DNA of 64,000 bases from Eledone cirrhosa (GCA_964016885.1 OZ024744.1:51212001-51276000); one strand, 5' to 3'. Positions 1 to 11,448 are shown, counted from the first letter of the stretch. Made by a program: numbers and translations. The notes: generated by a model not told the origin, from the letters alone.

Positions 1-197
1 AGTCCATAGGTTTGGAGTTCTCTTGAAGAGAGCGAACAGCTGATCGTCTTCGACGCCCAGGGTTCCCCGAGGACGTCGTCGTTCTTACCCTCTACTAGCC
101 CTCTATAGAACGCCGAGGTGGATGTTCCACCGATACCAGTGCCCAGCTGGTAGAGGGCGGTGAGTGCTTGGAGACATTCCAGCTTCTAAGCGCTATC

Positions 198-2721
198 CTA
201 CGGTCTTTTCCTGATCCAGGACTGCAACTCCGTCAAGGAGAGGAGCTGGGGAAAAGCGCGTCTGGCAAACGGCGACCACACCAGTTCAGCACCAAGGAAG
301 CACCAGAGATGTCGCAGCCTCAGCGCATGTTTGCGCATCATCAACCACGGCATGCCTAGTCCCCCACGCAACGGGTGTTGACAGCAAATGGATCGTCTGA
401 CCATGGGAGCACGTCCCTTCCACAAAAAGCGGAAGAGAAGACGCTCCATTTTGGTCAGAGTTGGGCGGGGGCAAGGTACGACGGTGAGGCGGTAGCAGAT
501 GACGGATGCTATGTACGCATTCGCCACCTCCCCCTGACCTTTCAGAGACAGCCTCCTCTCGGCCCATTTCTGGGTCAGAGAGGCCACCCTGCTCGTCACC
601 TTGCTCCAATTTTTCTCCATCTGGAGGTCCGGACCGAACCAGACCCCGAGCAATTTAACCGGTCCTTCCGTCCAGCGCCCCACGAGGCTGTCGGACGGCA
701 TGGACTTGCCTCTCCAGGTACCGAGTTGCAAGCCCACCGACTTTTCCTGGTTTATCTTTGCTCCTGTCACCGCTACGTATTCCTTGAGAGCAGTGCCGAG
801 CATCTGGACGTGTTTGGTGCTCGACACCACCACGGTGACGTCGTCGGCGTAAGCTGACACGGATCTCCTGCATCCCAGTTCGAATGGGACCCCCCTCATC
901 GTCTCCAATTTGTGCAGTAACGGCTCGAGAACCGTAGCCAGGTACCGATGGTCGACCCTATCAAATGCTTTAGATTGATCAGGGCCCTTAACCACCCCCA
1001 TGAGATGGAGGATGTCGTGGATGGATATGTCCGGAATGGTGCATGTCTGCGCCTCTCCCACCAGATCACCGACGACAAGCGCCAATCTCTTTGCTAACAC
1101 CTTGGTTAAAATCTTAAACTCTGCGTTTTCAGAGTTATGGGCTTGAAGTTGTCTATAACGTGCCCCTTGTTCGGGTCTTTTCACAGCAGCGCCACCGCTC
1201 CCCACCTTACAAAACTGGGAATGCTCCTGTTCTGCTGCCAGTTGCAGTAGACATCTGCCAAGAGGTCGCCGAACAAGTCTGGCATATACGCATAAAGCTC
1301 GTAAGCAGACCATCCAAACCTGGCGATTTACCCCTCGTGCAGTCAGACACCGCTTCCCGTATTTCACCTGCTGTTATCGGCTTTTCGTAGCACTGCGCTG
1401 CAGTCGTCGAGAGCCGCGGCAGTCCGTCAAGGTAGGCATCGAAGTCCATACTCCGATCCAGCCCGCCGCCGCCCCTGAACGATTGAGCAAAGGGCTGTTG
1501 AAAAGCCGCACACCTCTGCTCGGGTTCGAGCAATATGCGCCGGTTTTGATCAGGAATAGACCGAATTGTGGGCCTGTTGCCACGTCGTGCCTCCACCACC
1601 TGGGCCCATTGAATGGCTTTCGTCCCCTCATGTCTTAGAGCACGCGCTCTAGCTCTGACAACGCAGCTTTCATGCTTTGCGTTGAAAAATTGGTCGAGTG
1701 CCAATCTCGCCGCAAGCACGTCCTAAACGATACCTGTCCTAAACGCCTCTTCTAGCTTTCTAACTTCCCTCTACTCTATTTTCCTCTAACACTAGTCCTT
1801 TGCTTAACCTTATCGATTCTACTCTAATAGCCTTTCTCAGGGTAAACCACCACCTGTTGTTGACGATCGCACCCGTCAACGCACGCTTAACTAATTCACT
1901 AATCCGGTCTCTGTAAGTGTTGCGCGCCGGGAACGACGCGTTCTGCTTCCTATAGCCGGGCCCTGCCTATGGAGTCTATCTAAGTCAACTCCACAGATCA
2001 CAAAGTTGTGGCCCGTGTAGTCGACTATTTAAAATTGTGGGCAACCTACACTAGCCTTATCTGTTTCCCTACAGGATACCCTATCTAAATACGATCTGGA
2101 TAACCCGATGCGGTTTTTCCATGTCCACACTGGCACATTCGGATAATCCAGTCTATTCCTGTCAGACAGTTCAAAACGTCTGAGCAGGTTGTTGAGGCTT
2201 TTACACCCTCCTGCCCTGTCTACTAGCCCCACATAATCCCAGCGTGCATCTAAGATACCGTTCCAGTCGCCCACTAACGAGCGGGACGTTCCAAGAAAGC
2301 TCTCTAGACGCCTGAAGAAATCTGGCCGTCCTGCCCCTGTTAGGGCGTAGACGGCTACTAGGATGAAAACATTGCCTTCGCTGCCGGTCACGTCCAGCAC
2401 CACCGACTTACCTTCCGGGTCCAGGAAGATGGCCCGTATGGCGTGATCCAAGCCTCTCCGAAAAAGCTCAGCAACTCCCCCTGCCCACGATCCTGGACCA
2501 CTGGGAGATGCGTATACATCGTACCCGTCGAAGATTGGTGCGAAGGATCGTGCTTCAAAGATTCTGGTCTCGCCTATGGCCACCACATCTATGTTTAGTG
2601 ACCTGAGGTCGTTGAGCAGGTGACCCTGCTTCCAAGATGACCCCAAGCCACGAACATTTATACTGCCTATTCTAAGTACGTCCATGTTGGATGAGAAACG
2701 GGGTAAGTGAGAAAGGATCAC
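198..2721 (-). pseudogene. Disrupted ORF2 (APE endonuclease + reverse transcriptase) of Tx1 copy 1
   Basis: ORFs 2029-2721, 1207-1719 and 198-1367 match successive parts of the 1139-aa ORF2 in different frames; the RT segment containing QGCPLS is deleted. Confidence 0.9.
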
Positions 2722-4715
2722 TTACCTTGATCGTATGGTGAAGGGACAGTAGAACCGTGCCTTTGGCTGGTCATGGGTATTTCCAAGAGGATGTCGGTGT
2801 ATATCCTCTTGGTAACCGACCCTCTGAAGTCTCCAACTGCGTTGGGGAATTTTTGTTTTAAAAGTTTGTAATGTTCTATTTTGATTTCAATGATGTTTAT
2901 GTTTTTCGGGAGAGTTCTTGGTGTTGGTGGGGTGTAGTAGTTTTTGTCTGTGATGTCTGAGTGCTGTTTTATATGTTGTAAGAGTTCTTTATTTGCCATG
3001 TTTATGGCTGTGTACCTTTTGGTGGGGTGGGGTGATTTTGTTGCTGTTTTCTTGTTGCTGTTGGGCGTGTGTGTTTTTGTTGTGTTTGCAATATTGGTGT
3101 TTTTGGTGATGCTGGTGGTGGTGTGGTTGTTGTTGGTGTTGATGCTTGTGGTGGTGATGGTGATGGTGGTGCTGCAAGTATCCTTGCAGCTTTTACCCCT
3201 CTTTGTTTTCCTTCGCTTTTGGAGGGTGAAGCTAAGGGTTTTTTTCTTTTTTCTTTTTTTGTGGCAGACTGTTTGCCACTTCCCTCCCGTCTCATACTCC
3301 ATGTCGGATTCCGTGGCGTCTGGGAGGGATATGAGCTCCACTTCTGCTGGTGGTGGTAGTGGAGCCCGCTCGGGCGATTTTGCCGCCGGTGTAGCTACTG
3401 CGACTGTTGGTGTTGCCGCCACTGTTGCCGCTGTTTTAGTTCTCCGTGACCTTGGTATGGGTGCCACGGAAGTTGCCGTCCTACTCACCATGGAAGGGTC
3501 TTTTGCCTCTGTTGCCTGTCCTGCACTTGGTAGCAGCGGATCAGGCGTCGGAAGGAGGGGCGTCTTCTTGACTGTCTTCTGCGGACAGAAGGCCCTGAGG
3601 TGACCCTTCTGCCCACAGCGATAGTACTTTGGGCGCCTTCCTTCCACGCTTATAAGGAGTTGGAGTCCTTCCTCTAGGTCTATGATATCTGGGATGGCTA
3701 CGATACACTCCTGGTCAGTCTGTATTAGCATTTGCATGGCTATTCCTGACCAGTTCTCTCTTCCCATTCTCTGTATTTGCAGTATGGCGGTTTTCTCCTC
3801 GATTCCAACAAGTAGAGACGCAGCCAGCCAACCAAGGTATGGGTACGTCGTGCGGGACCTGGGTCACTTTGACCCTCACAATTTTCTGCCCGCAGTAGAA
3901 GGGCACCAAGACTATCTACTCACTCTTTAGGGGTTCCAAAGAGTGAGACTTCGCCTCGGGGGGGGGGGGGGGCGAAAAGTACCTCTACTGTGGCAGACTT
4001 TTTGCCTCGGGTGATGTGGGTTTTTTGCGCCCAGACGCACCCCAAGGCCTTTTGGATTTGAGCCTCCATGGCTCTCTCCACCCGATGTGACATTTTGCTT
4101 ACGGTGCGGTAAGTCACCGTGCGCAGCTGCTGGTCTTTGAAGAAATCGGGTGGAGGTTTCAGGGAAACTATTGTCATTTCTTGTCATCATGGCCCTTGCG
4201 ACTGCCATCTCCTCCTCCGTGACTAGCACTGTCCCTATAATTCAGGCCACACCTGCAAAAGAAGTGGCCCCCTTTTCAGCGGCACCATTATTGCTGCCGT
4301 TACTGCTGCTACTGGTCTTGTTGCTGCTGTTGCTGGTGCTACTACTACAAACGGTATTGTTGGTGTTGTTGCTGTTATCACTGTTGTAGTTGGTAGTGTT
4401 TTTGGTGCCACCGTTGTTGTTTTCGTCGCAATTTGTATTGTTGCTGTTGGTGTTGTCGTTGTTTATTTTCTTGTTATTGGTGTTAATATCGTTGTTGCAT
4501 TTGTTGTCATTTTTTTCTGTTGTCTGTATTTTAGTTGTCGCTGTTATTGTTGTAGGTGTGGTAATATTTTTAAAATTAGTGTTCTCAGTGTTGTTGTCTT
4601 TGTTCACGTTGTTTGTGGTGGTGTTTGTTGTATGAATTTCTGTAACCCTCCTCTCAACTTTTACGCCGTTGTCACACGACAGCAGACATATTGTTAGGGG
4701 GCGTGGCTCAGCCAT
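2718..4715 (-). pseudogene. Disrupted ORF1 (gag-like) of Tx1 copy 1
   Basis: ORFs 4242-4751, 3920-4177, 3715-3909 and 2718-3767 align in order with the 620-aa ORF1 (MAEPRPL, SFAGVA, EGRRP, HLRAFCPQ, terminal GK*). Confidence 0.85.
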
Positions 4716-4761
4716 GTTTTTTAAAAAAATATTTAAAAGTAAAATGTTCAAATATTAATCA

Positions 4762-4789
4762 AATATTTGGGCCAAAAGGCCCAAATATT
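4762..4789 (-). promoter_or_regulatory. Conserved 12-bp hairpin in Tx1 5' UTR (copy 1)
   Basis: AATATTTGGGCC-AAAA-GGCCCAAATATT, identical to 10997-11024. Confidence 0.6.
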
Positions 4790-4931
4790 ATACTTTCCCC
4801 TTCACAGGGCTTATATCCTTTACACAACAAGAAAAATTAAGCAACAAATAATTATAACAGGTAAATAAAGCGACTTACTGGGAGCGAGCAAAAGACGTCC
4901 GAACAGACCAATAATAATAATAAAAAGAAGA

Positions 4932-5339
4932 AGAAATTAGAACACAATAGGCTTGACCTAGTGGTTTTGAAAAAGGAAAAAAGATCGTGCCTGATTGTAG
5001 ATGTAGCCTGCACATTTGACACGAGAGTGCAAGAAAAGGAGAGGGAGAAAATTAACCCATACCAGGATTTAAAATGGAAGTTAAAAAGGACTTGGAACTG
5101 CCATGAAATCAAGGTCGTCCCGATTGTCATAGGCACACTATGTATTATCTCAAAGAGTTTCCAAGGTTGGATAAAGAAGATTAGTTCAGGCCCGCTTTTT
5201 GGAACATTTCAAAAGGCATGCTTGCTGGGAACAGCAAGAACCCTCCGATACGTCCTGAATATCTGAGGCTGCAGGTAGTGGCTTGGTATTCATTTCAACA
5301 AACTTTCCAGTTAAATAACATCAATGACTGAGACTCAAA
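4932..5339 (+). mobile_element. 3' fragment of R4/Dong-type non-LTR element (restriction-like endonuclease domain + 3' UTR)
   Basis: LEHNRLDLVVLKKEKRSCLIVDVACTFD...EKINPYQDL...VVPIVIGTL...QKACLLGTARTLR, a PD-(D/E)xK-type C-terminus. Flanked by (AAT)n/(AAG)n. Confidence 0.85.
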
Positions 5340-5639
5340 GAAGAAGAAGAAGAAGAACAACAACAATAATAATAATAATAATAATGATTTCATTTATTGG
5401 CCACAAGGGCCGACATATAGGGGACAACACAATAGACAGGGACAGTGGGGGTTTACATAGAGATCGAGTAAGTATAAATAACAAAAAAAACAAAATAACA
5501 ATAAAAATACAACAATGAAAGTTCCCCAATAAGAGGGATCACCACCCAGGGTTGACTCAAGCACCCCACCAGTCCTGAGCCACCCGACGCTCCTAGGGCA
5601 CCCGGGAAGGGCACCCCTCTCCTTCTCGAATTCACCAGC

Positions 5640-8600
5640 CTACAGGCGCATGATCAGAGTAGGCCCACTCACGCGGGCCATTCTCGCCACATTCACCCAC
5701 CTTTCAGTAAATGTACTGGGGGGCAGCACTTCTCTCTCCACCCTCACCTTCCTTTCCAAGTGAAACTTGAAGAAGTTGATGAGGGATTGGCCGAAGAGAA
5801 AAGTGTCTGTCTTCAGTCCTTTCAACCTGGTCCACCATGCAACCTCTTTCGCTACTGCCACCAGGCAGAGGAAAATTGCCTGCCCTTCCTGACCAAAAGA
5901 AGGCGGCGGGTCAATCTTCACTATGGACTCGGACGATAGCCGGATCCGTTCTACACGCGACAATAGCTGTTCGACATAACCCCACAAGTCAGCAATGCAC
6001 GGACACTGGACGAGTGCGTGCAGAACGGTTTCGTCGCTCTGCGCGCATCTCGGGCAGGTTCGTCTGACAGCACTTCCGTGCCTGTAGAGTTTATCCCGAA
6101 CCGGCAGCGCCCCCCGGTAGCACTGCCAAGCGAGGGATTTCTGGAAGTTATCCATCGTCCCCGGCTCGAAAGTCCTCCGGAACATACTGGTCAGTTCTAC
6201 TTCGTTGACGCCCAGAGCCTCTCCTAGTACGTCATCGCACTTGCCCTCCACTAATCCTCTATAGAAATCTTGAGTGGAAGTTCCACTGACCGCATTGCCC
6301 ACCTTGCAGAGTGCAGTGAGCGCCTGGCAACATTCCAGATGCCAGTCGCCCAGTCTCGGTCTCTTCTTGACCCAGGACTGCAGCTCAGTCAAAGAGATGA
6401 GCTGCGGAAAGGCCCGTCTAACAAACGGCGACCACACCTGTTCACCGTTTAGGCAAAATATCTGGAGATGTCGCAGCCTCAGCGCATGTCTGCGCATCAT
6501 TAGCCACGGCATGCCCAGCCCTCCACGAAGAGGGTGCTGGCAGCAGATGGACCGCCTCACCAACGGGACCCGTCCCCTCCACAAAAATTTGAAAAGGAGC
6601 CGTTCCAAATTGGCGAGGCGTGGACGGGGGCAAGGCACGACGGTCAGGCGGTAGTAGATGACGGACGCGATGTACGCGTTCGCCACCTCCGCCCGCCCTT
6701 TCAGTGATAGCTTTCTCTCAGCCCATTTCTGGGTGAGGTTGGCTATCCTGCTCGTCACCTCGTCCCAATTCTTATCCACCTGGAGGTCTGGTCCGAACCA
6801 AACCCCGAGCAACTTTACCGGTCCGTCTGTCCAGCGCCCAACGACGCTGTTGGACGGCATGGACTTGCCTCTCCAGGTGCCGAGCTGCAAGCCCACCGAC
6901 TTTTCCGGGTTAAGTTTTGCTCCCGTCAACCTTTCATATTCCTCCAAATGGGTGCGGATCACCTCGATTTCCGAGGTGTCCGACACCATCACGGTGATGT
7001 CGTCCGCATAAGCGGACGCAGCCTTTCTACGTCCCGGTTCGAGCGGGATGCCCTGCAACAACTCCAGCTTCCGCAGTAGAGGCTCAAGAGTCAATACGTA
7101 CAGAAGTGAGGAGAGAGGGCACCCTTGACGGACCGATCGAGAGATCTGAAACGGTTCCGAGAGGTGGCCATTAACTTTGACCACCGAGCGGATGCCGCTG
7201 TACATTGCAGCGATCCAGCTTCTGAAGACGGGGCCGAAGCCAGCCGCCTCGAGGACAGCCTCCAAGTACCGATGGTCGACCCTATCGAATGCTTTCGATT
7301 GATCTAAATTGATCAGAGCCCCACCGAAGCCAGGTTTGCACCCAACCCTCTCTATGATGTATCGCATGAGGTGGAGGTTGTCGTGTATGGACCTGGTCGG
7401 GATTGCGCAAGTTTGCGCCTCCCCAACCAAATCTTTGACGACAAGCGCCAACCTTTTCGCTAACACCTTGGCCAAAATCTTAAACTCTGTGTTGAGCAGG
7501 GTTATGGGCCTGAAATTATCTAGTGTGTCCCTCTTGTTCTCGTCTTTCCTTATCAGCGTCACTACGCCACGGCTCACAGAACTGGGAATGCTCCCGTTCT
7601 GCTGCCAGTTGCAGTAGAGCGCTTCGAGGAGATCGGAGAACAAGTCTGGCATATTTACGTAAAGCTCGTAGGGCAGACCATCCAAACCGGGTGACTTGCG
7701 ACTCGAGCAGCCGACAAGGGCGTCCTGAATTTCGGCTGATGTTATCGGCTCTTCGCAGCGCTCAGCGTCGGCCGTCGAGAGGCGTGGCAAGCCGTCGAGG
7801 TAGGGACTGAAGTCCGCCGCCGTCTCCGACTCACCCATCCTCCCGAACAATCGAGCAAAGTGCTGGCGAAAGGCCTCACACATCTGCTTGGAATCGCTCA
7901 GTTCGTGTCCATCTCGATCCGTCAAAGACCGAATTGTGGTTTTATTTCCACGCTGCGTCTCTGCAAAGCGAGCCCATCGGGCAGCTTTGGTTCCCTCGTT
8001 CCTCAGAGCACGCGCCTTAGCTCTGACAATGCAACCTTCGTGTTTCGCATTGAAGAAATGGTCTAGTGCCATTCTCGCCGCTAGCACGTCTGTTGCAATG
8101 CCACTACAAATAGCCTCGTCTAACTTAGCTATCAGCCCCTCCTCCTTTCTATTTTTCTCTATTGCTACTTCTTTGCTAAATCCTATCGAGGTTGCTCTAA
8201 TCTCTCTTTTGAGTGCCCCCCACCACCTGTTGTTGACAACCCCCCCTGTCAACTTTTGCTTAACTAAGTTGTTGACCCGGTCCCTGTAAGCTTTACGTGC
8301 CGGAAACGACATGTTTAGCTTCCAGTAGCTAGGTCCTAACCTACGTGTCTTATCTAGGTCGACCATACAGATCACAAGCTTGTGATCTGAATAGGCAACC
8401 GTTTTAAAATGTGGACATCCTACACTATTTCTATCTCTTTTCCTAATGAAAATCCTATCTATGTACGATCTAGATGACCCTATGCGATTGGTCCAGGTCC
8501 ATACTGGCGCATTAGGGAAATCTAGTCGGTACCTGTCAGACAGTTGAAACTGGCTGATCAGGTACTTGAGGCTTTTGCACCCCCCGCTCCTATCAGATAC

Positions 8601-9059
8601 TCCCACACAATCCCAGCGTGCTTCTAAGATGCCATTCCAATCCCCTATTAACAGTAAAGGGCGAGACGTAAGCAGAAAGTTTTCCAGGCGCCTAAAGAAG
8701 TCCGGCCGACCGGCCCCAGTAGGGGCGTAGACGGCCACCAGTCTAAAGGCACCACCTTCGCTATTGCTCACGTCCAGGACCACCAACTTTCCGTCAGGAT
8801 CCCGGAAGATTGACCTTACCTCGAGATCCAGACATTTCCTAAACAGCACAGCCACTCCACCTCCCATTCCCGGCCGACTAACAGATGCAAAGATCTGATA
8901 ATCGTCGAAAATCGGCGCCAGTGCGCGTGTGTCGGAAATTCTGGTCTCGCTGATGGCAATTACATCCATTCCTAGTGACCTGAGGTCGTTGAGCAAGTGA
9001 CCTTGCTTCCAGGGCGACCCCAGGCCACGAACATTTAAACTTCCTACTCTTATGGCCAT
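5640..9059 (-). CDS. ORF2: APE endonuclease, reverse transcriptase, C-terminal CCHC zinc finger (1139 aa)
   Basis: SLNVRGL, ISETR, GDWN, SYIDR, SDH; FRPITLLN, LDQSKAFD, VRQGCPLS, AYADD, KLLGVWF; CPRC-x8-H-x4-C. Confidence 0.97.
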   Translation of the reverse strand: MAIRVGSLNVRGLGSPWKQGHLLNDLRSLGMDVIAISETRISDTRALAPIFDDYQIFASVSRPGMGGGVAVLFRKCLDLEVRSIFRDPDGKLVVLDVSNSEGGAFRLVAVYAPTGAGRPDFFRRLENFLLTSRPLLLIGDWNGILEARWDCVGVSDRSGGCKSLKYLISQFQLSDRYRLDFPNAPVWTWTNRIGSSRSYIDRIFIRKRDRNSVGCPHFKTVAYSDHKLVICMVDLDKTRRLGPSYWKLNMSFPARKAYRDRVNNLVKQKLTGGVVNNRWWGALKREIRATSIGFSKEVAIEKNRKEEGLIAKLDEAICSGIATDVLAARMALDHFFNAKHEGCIVRAKARALRNEGTKAARWARFAETQRGNKTTIRSLTDRDGHELSDSKQMCEAFRQHFARLFGRMGESETAADFSPYLDGLPRLSTADAERCEEPITSAEIQDALVGCSSRKSPGLDGLPYELYVNMPDLFSDLLEALYCNWQQNGSIPSSVSRGVVTLIRKDENKRDTLDNFRPITLLNTEFKILAKVLAKRLALVVKDLVGEAQTCAIPTRSIHDNLHLMRYIIERVGCKPGFGGALINLDQSKAFDRVDHRYLEAVLEAAGFGPVFRSWIAAMYSGIRSVVKVNGHLSEPFQISRSVRQGCPLSSLLYVLTLEPLLRKLELLQGIPLEPGRRKAASAYADDITVMVSDTSEIEVIRTHLEEYERLTGAKLNPEKSVGLQLGTWRGKSMPSNSVVGRWTDGPVKLLGVWFGPDLQVDKNWDEVTSRIANLTQKWAERKLSLKGRAEVANAYIASVIYYRLTVVPCPRPRLANLERLLFKFLWRGRVPLVRRSICCQHPLRGGLGMPWLMMRRHALRLRHLQIFCLNGEQVWSPFVRRAFPQLISLTELQSWVKKRPRLGDWHLECCQALTALCKVGNAVSGTSTQDFYRGLVEGKCDDVLGEALGVNEVELTSMFRRTFEPGTMDNFQKSLAWQCYRGALPVRDKLYRHGSAVRRTCPRCAQSDETVLHALVQCPCIADLWGYVEQLLSRVERIRLSSESIVKIDPPPSFGQEGQAIFLCLVAVAKEVAWWTRLKGLKTDTFLFGQSLINFFKFHLERKVRVEREVLPPSTFTERWVNVARMARVSGPTLIMRL

Positions 9060-9088
9060 GCTGGCAGGATGAATGGGAGAGGAAAGGT

Positions 9089-10951
9089 TTACTTACCTTC
9101 CGGGGTCTTGTGAAGGTCGGGTGGTTCGACCTCCATGGTTTGTGGGGTTTCTTTTGGGAACCCCTTTAATAGTCTTGACGTGGGTTTTACGTTCGGGGTT
9201 CCCACATCCCGAGGAAAGCTCTTTCGAATTTCTTTGTATGAAGCGAGCGACATTCGCATCAGAAGCAAATTATCTGGTACGCGAAATGTGCTCGCTTCAA
9301 ATGTTTCCCCGTCTTTTTCGATGTTTGTGCTTCGTGCTACATGGGCCATCAATTCCTTGTTGGCCCTTCTGGCAAGCACGAAGTTTTTAATGTTTTGTTG
9401 CTCGGGTTTTATTTGTTCGTGTGATTGTGGTGGTGATAGCTTTGTTAGTGTTGTTTCTATTGTGTCTGCGTTTGTTGTGGGTGGGGTGTCTGTAGTTTCT
9501 GATGTTTGTGTGTCTATTTGTTCTTGTGTCTGTTTAGCTTGTTTGCGTTTGGGGGATTTTGGTGGTTGTGTTGGTGATGCTGTGGGGAAAATGTTTGTGT
9601 GGGTGGTGTGTGTATTTTTTTTTGTGGGGGTGTTTGTGCTTTGTGGATTTCTTTTTTTTTTGTGTTTTGTTTTTTGTATTTTGGGGGACTTTGGTTTTCC
9701 CTCATCTTCACTGCTGGAGGATGAGGGGTCTGTGGCTGTGAGCGTGTTTGTGTCTGAGTGAGTGTTTATGTTCTTGTTCGTGTGTGTATTTTGGGGGGGA
9801 GGGGGAATGGGAGAGCTTTCCTCGTTTCCCCCCTGGGTGTGCAATTTTGGTGGTTCCATTGTTGACGGTGTTGCTGGTGGTCCTTGTCCCGGCGTCGCCA
9901 GCAGTGGAATCTTTCGACCCCTTGCGCTTTTCGGCAGTTGAGGGCAGAAGGCTCGCAAGTGTGTCGTTTCCCCACAAAGGAAACAATGCGGCCTTTTGCC
10001 CTCAGTCATTATATGCAACACCCTCCCGTTTTGGAGGCGGATGTGGTCCGGGATTGTTTTTACGTTTTCGGGTCTGATTTGGAGCAGTATCTCCAGATCA
10101 ACCCCGGACCAGTCGTCCCTGGCAGTTCTCGTTGCCTCTACCGGGACTGTATCCGTTCCTTCCACGATTACGCAACCCAGGAGCCACCACATATCAAGTC
10201 CTGGTGGAATCCTGGGAATGCGCACACGTGCTATTCGTTTTCCCATGTGGGAGGGGTACATTATGACCTTGCTGGTTTTGCAAGGGGTCATTGAATGCTT
10301 CACAGCGAGGGCTTCAGACTTGAACAGCACCGAAACGGTGCCGTATTGCCTGCCCCTCTCTATGAAGTCTGTGTCCTCTCTGATGTGTTTCAGTGCGGCT
10401 TCTATGTCAGCTTGGGCGATTATCGCTGCCCTCTTTGTCTCTACTGAGATGCATCTGAAATGCACCGTTCTTTTTTCCACTGCCTCAATGGCTTCTGCCG
10501 GGACAGTTAAGTTTGCCCAGGTCTGCTCTTGATTTATGATTTTCCAGGCCTGGGCCAACTTTTCCTCTCTGTTGGTTAAGTCGATGCTGTAGCATGGTCT
10601 CCTTTTAGCCGCTGCCACAGCAGCGAAAGTGTTCTTGTTGGTGTTGTCACTGTTGTTGTTCTTGTTGGTGTTGCTGCTGCTATTGCTGTTGTTGTTCTCC
10701 CCTGTGTCGTGGTTACCTTCTGTGCTGTTGGCCTTGTTGGTGCTCTCGCTATTACCACCTTCTGCGCTGTTCGGCTTGTTGGTGTTGGTGTTGTCGCTGT
10801 TACCACCTTCCGCGCCGCTCGGCCCGTTGGTGCTGGCACTGTCGCTGCTCACATTCGTGCTGGTGGCGCTCCTCGCCTCACCTCTCCTCTCAACGCTCAA
10901 GTCGCCGTTGCACGACAGCAGACCCGCCTCTAGGGGGCGTGGCTCCGCCAT
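9089..10951 (-). CDS. ORF1: gag-like nucleic-acid-binding protein with CCHC knuckle (620 aa)
   Basis: Open frame directly upstream of ORF2; CFLCGETTHLRAFC (CX2CX4HX4C); low-complexity N/S/T linkers. Confidence 0.92.
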   Translation of the reverse strand: MAEPRPLEAGLLSCNGDLSVERRGEARSATSTNVSSDSASTNGPSGAEGGNSDNTNTNKPNSAEGGNSESTNKANSTEGNHDTGENNNSNSSSNTNKNNNSDNTNKNTFAAVAAAKRRPCYSIDLTNREEKLAQAWKIINQEQTWANLTVPAEAIEAVEKRTVHFRCISVETKRAAIIAQADIEAALKHIREDTDFIERGRQYGTVSVLFKSEALAVKHSMTPCKTSKVIMYPSHMGKRIARVRIPRIPPGLDMWWLLGCVIVEGTDTVPVEATRTARDDWSGVDLEILLQIRPENVKTIPDHIRLQNGRVLHIMTEGKRPHCFLCGETTHLRAFCPQLPKSARGRKIPLLATPGQGPPATPSTMEPPKLHTQGGNEESSPIPPPPQNTHTNKNINTHSDTNTLTATDPSSSSSEDEGKPKSPKIQKTKHKKKRNPQSTNTPTKKNTHTTHTNIFPTASPTQPPKSPKRKQAKQTQEQIDTQTSETTDTPPTTNADTIETTLTKLSPPQSHEQIKPEQQNIKNFVLARRANKELMAHVARSTNIEKDGETFEASTFRVPDNLLLMRMSLASYKEIRKSFPRDVGTPNVKPTSRLLKGFPKETPQTMEVEPPDLHKTPEGK

Positions 10952-10996
10952 GTTTTTTTGAGAAAAAAATTATTATTTTTTTCAAAATAAAGTTCA

Positions 10997-11024
10997 AATA
11001 TTTGGGCCAAAAGGCCCAAATATT
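10997..11024 (-). promoter_or_regulatory. Conserved 12-bp hairpin in Tx1 5' UTR (copy 2)
   Basis: Perfect inverted repeat about 45 nt upstream of the ORF1 ATG, identical in copy 1. Confidence 0.6.
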
Positions 11025-11180
11025 ATGAGTTATTCCTTCACAGGATACAAATTAATGTCTTATAATGCTTCAGCGGTACAAAAAATAAACAATTCTCTAC
11101 AATTAATCCTCAAAAATTGCTTACTCACGGAGCTTCAAAAAACGTACATCCACTTTCGTCAATAATAATAATAATAATAA

Positions 11181-11448
11181 TGCTTTCTTTATTAACCACA
11201 AGGGTTTACACAAAGTAAGACATTAAGGACAGTACAGGACAATACAGGACGGTACAAATGGGCATTTCTGCGTGTAAAAAAAAAAACAGAGGATGTAACA
11301 AAAAAAAGAAACAATGAAAAATTCCCCAATACGGGGGAGACTTCCGAGGGACATTCGTGGAGAAAGTCCATTAAAAAAGCCACGGTGACCCTGACCACCA
11401 GGGCAAGTGCCCTCTCCCAGTTTTCCACCTTCAATTTACAGGCGCATA
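11181..11448 (-). mobile_element. Severely 5'-truncated Tx1 copy (last codons MRL* + 3' UTR)
   Basis: ttacaggcgcat matches the ORF2 end (ctacaggcgcat at 5640); shares acaatgaaa..ttccccaata and tttatt..ccacaaggg with the copy-2 3' UTR; ends in (AAT)n. Confidence 0.8.

Larger units (their letters stand above)
1..4909 (-). mobile_element. Decayed Tx1/L1-clade non-LTR retrotransposon (copy 1; 3' end runs off the window)
   Basis: Frameshifted ORF1 pieces (MAEPRPL at 4715; knuckle remnant RCGQKGHLRAFC), APE start (SINVRGL, GETRI, GDWN, SYLDR), RT motifs (DQSKAFD, AYADD, KLLGVWF), colinear with the intact copy at 5640-10951. The 5' end abuts (AAT)n at 4910. Confidence 0.93.
5386..11160 (-). mobile_element. 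Full-length, apparently intact Tx1/L1-clade LINE (copy 2)
   Basis: 5' UTR, open ORF1 and ORF2, 3' UTR with AATAAA (plus-strand tttatt at 5393-5398), (AAT)n tracts on both flanks. Confidence 0.95.

Noticed and set aside
2944-10961. Hydrophobic plus-strand ORFs (e.g. 2944-3603, 9135-9761, 10629-10961)
   Set aside because: Antisense shadows of A/C-rich low-complexity segments of Tx1 ORF1.
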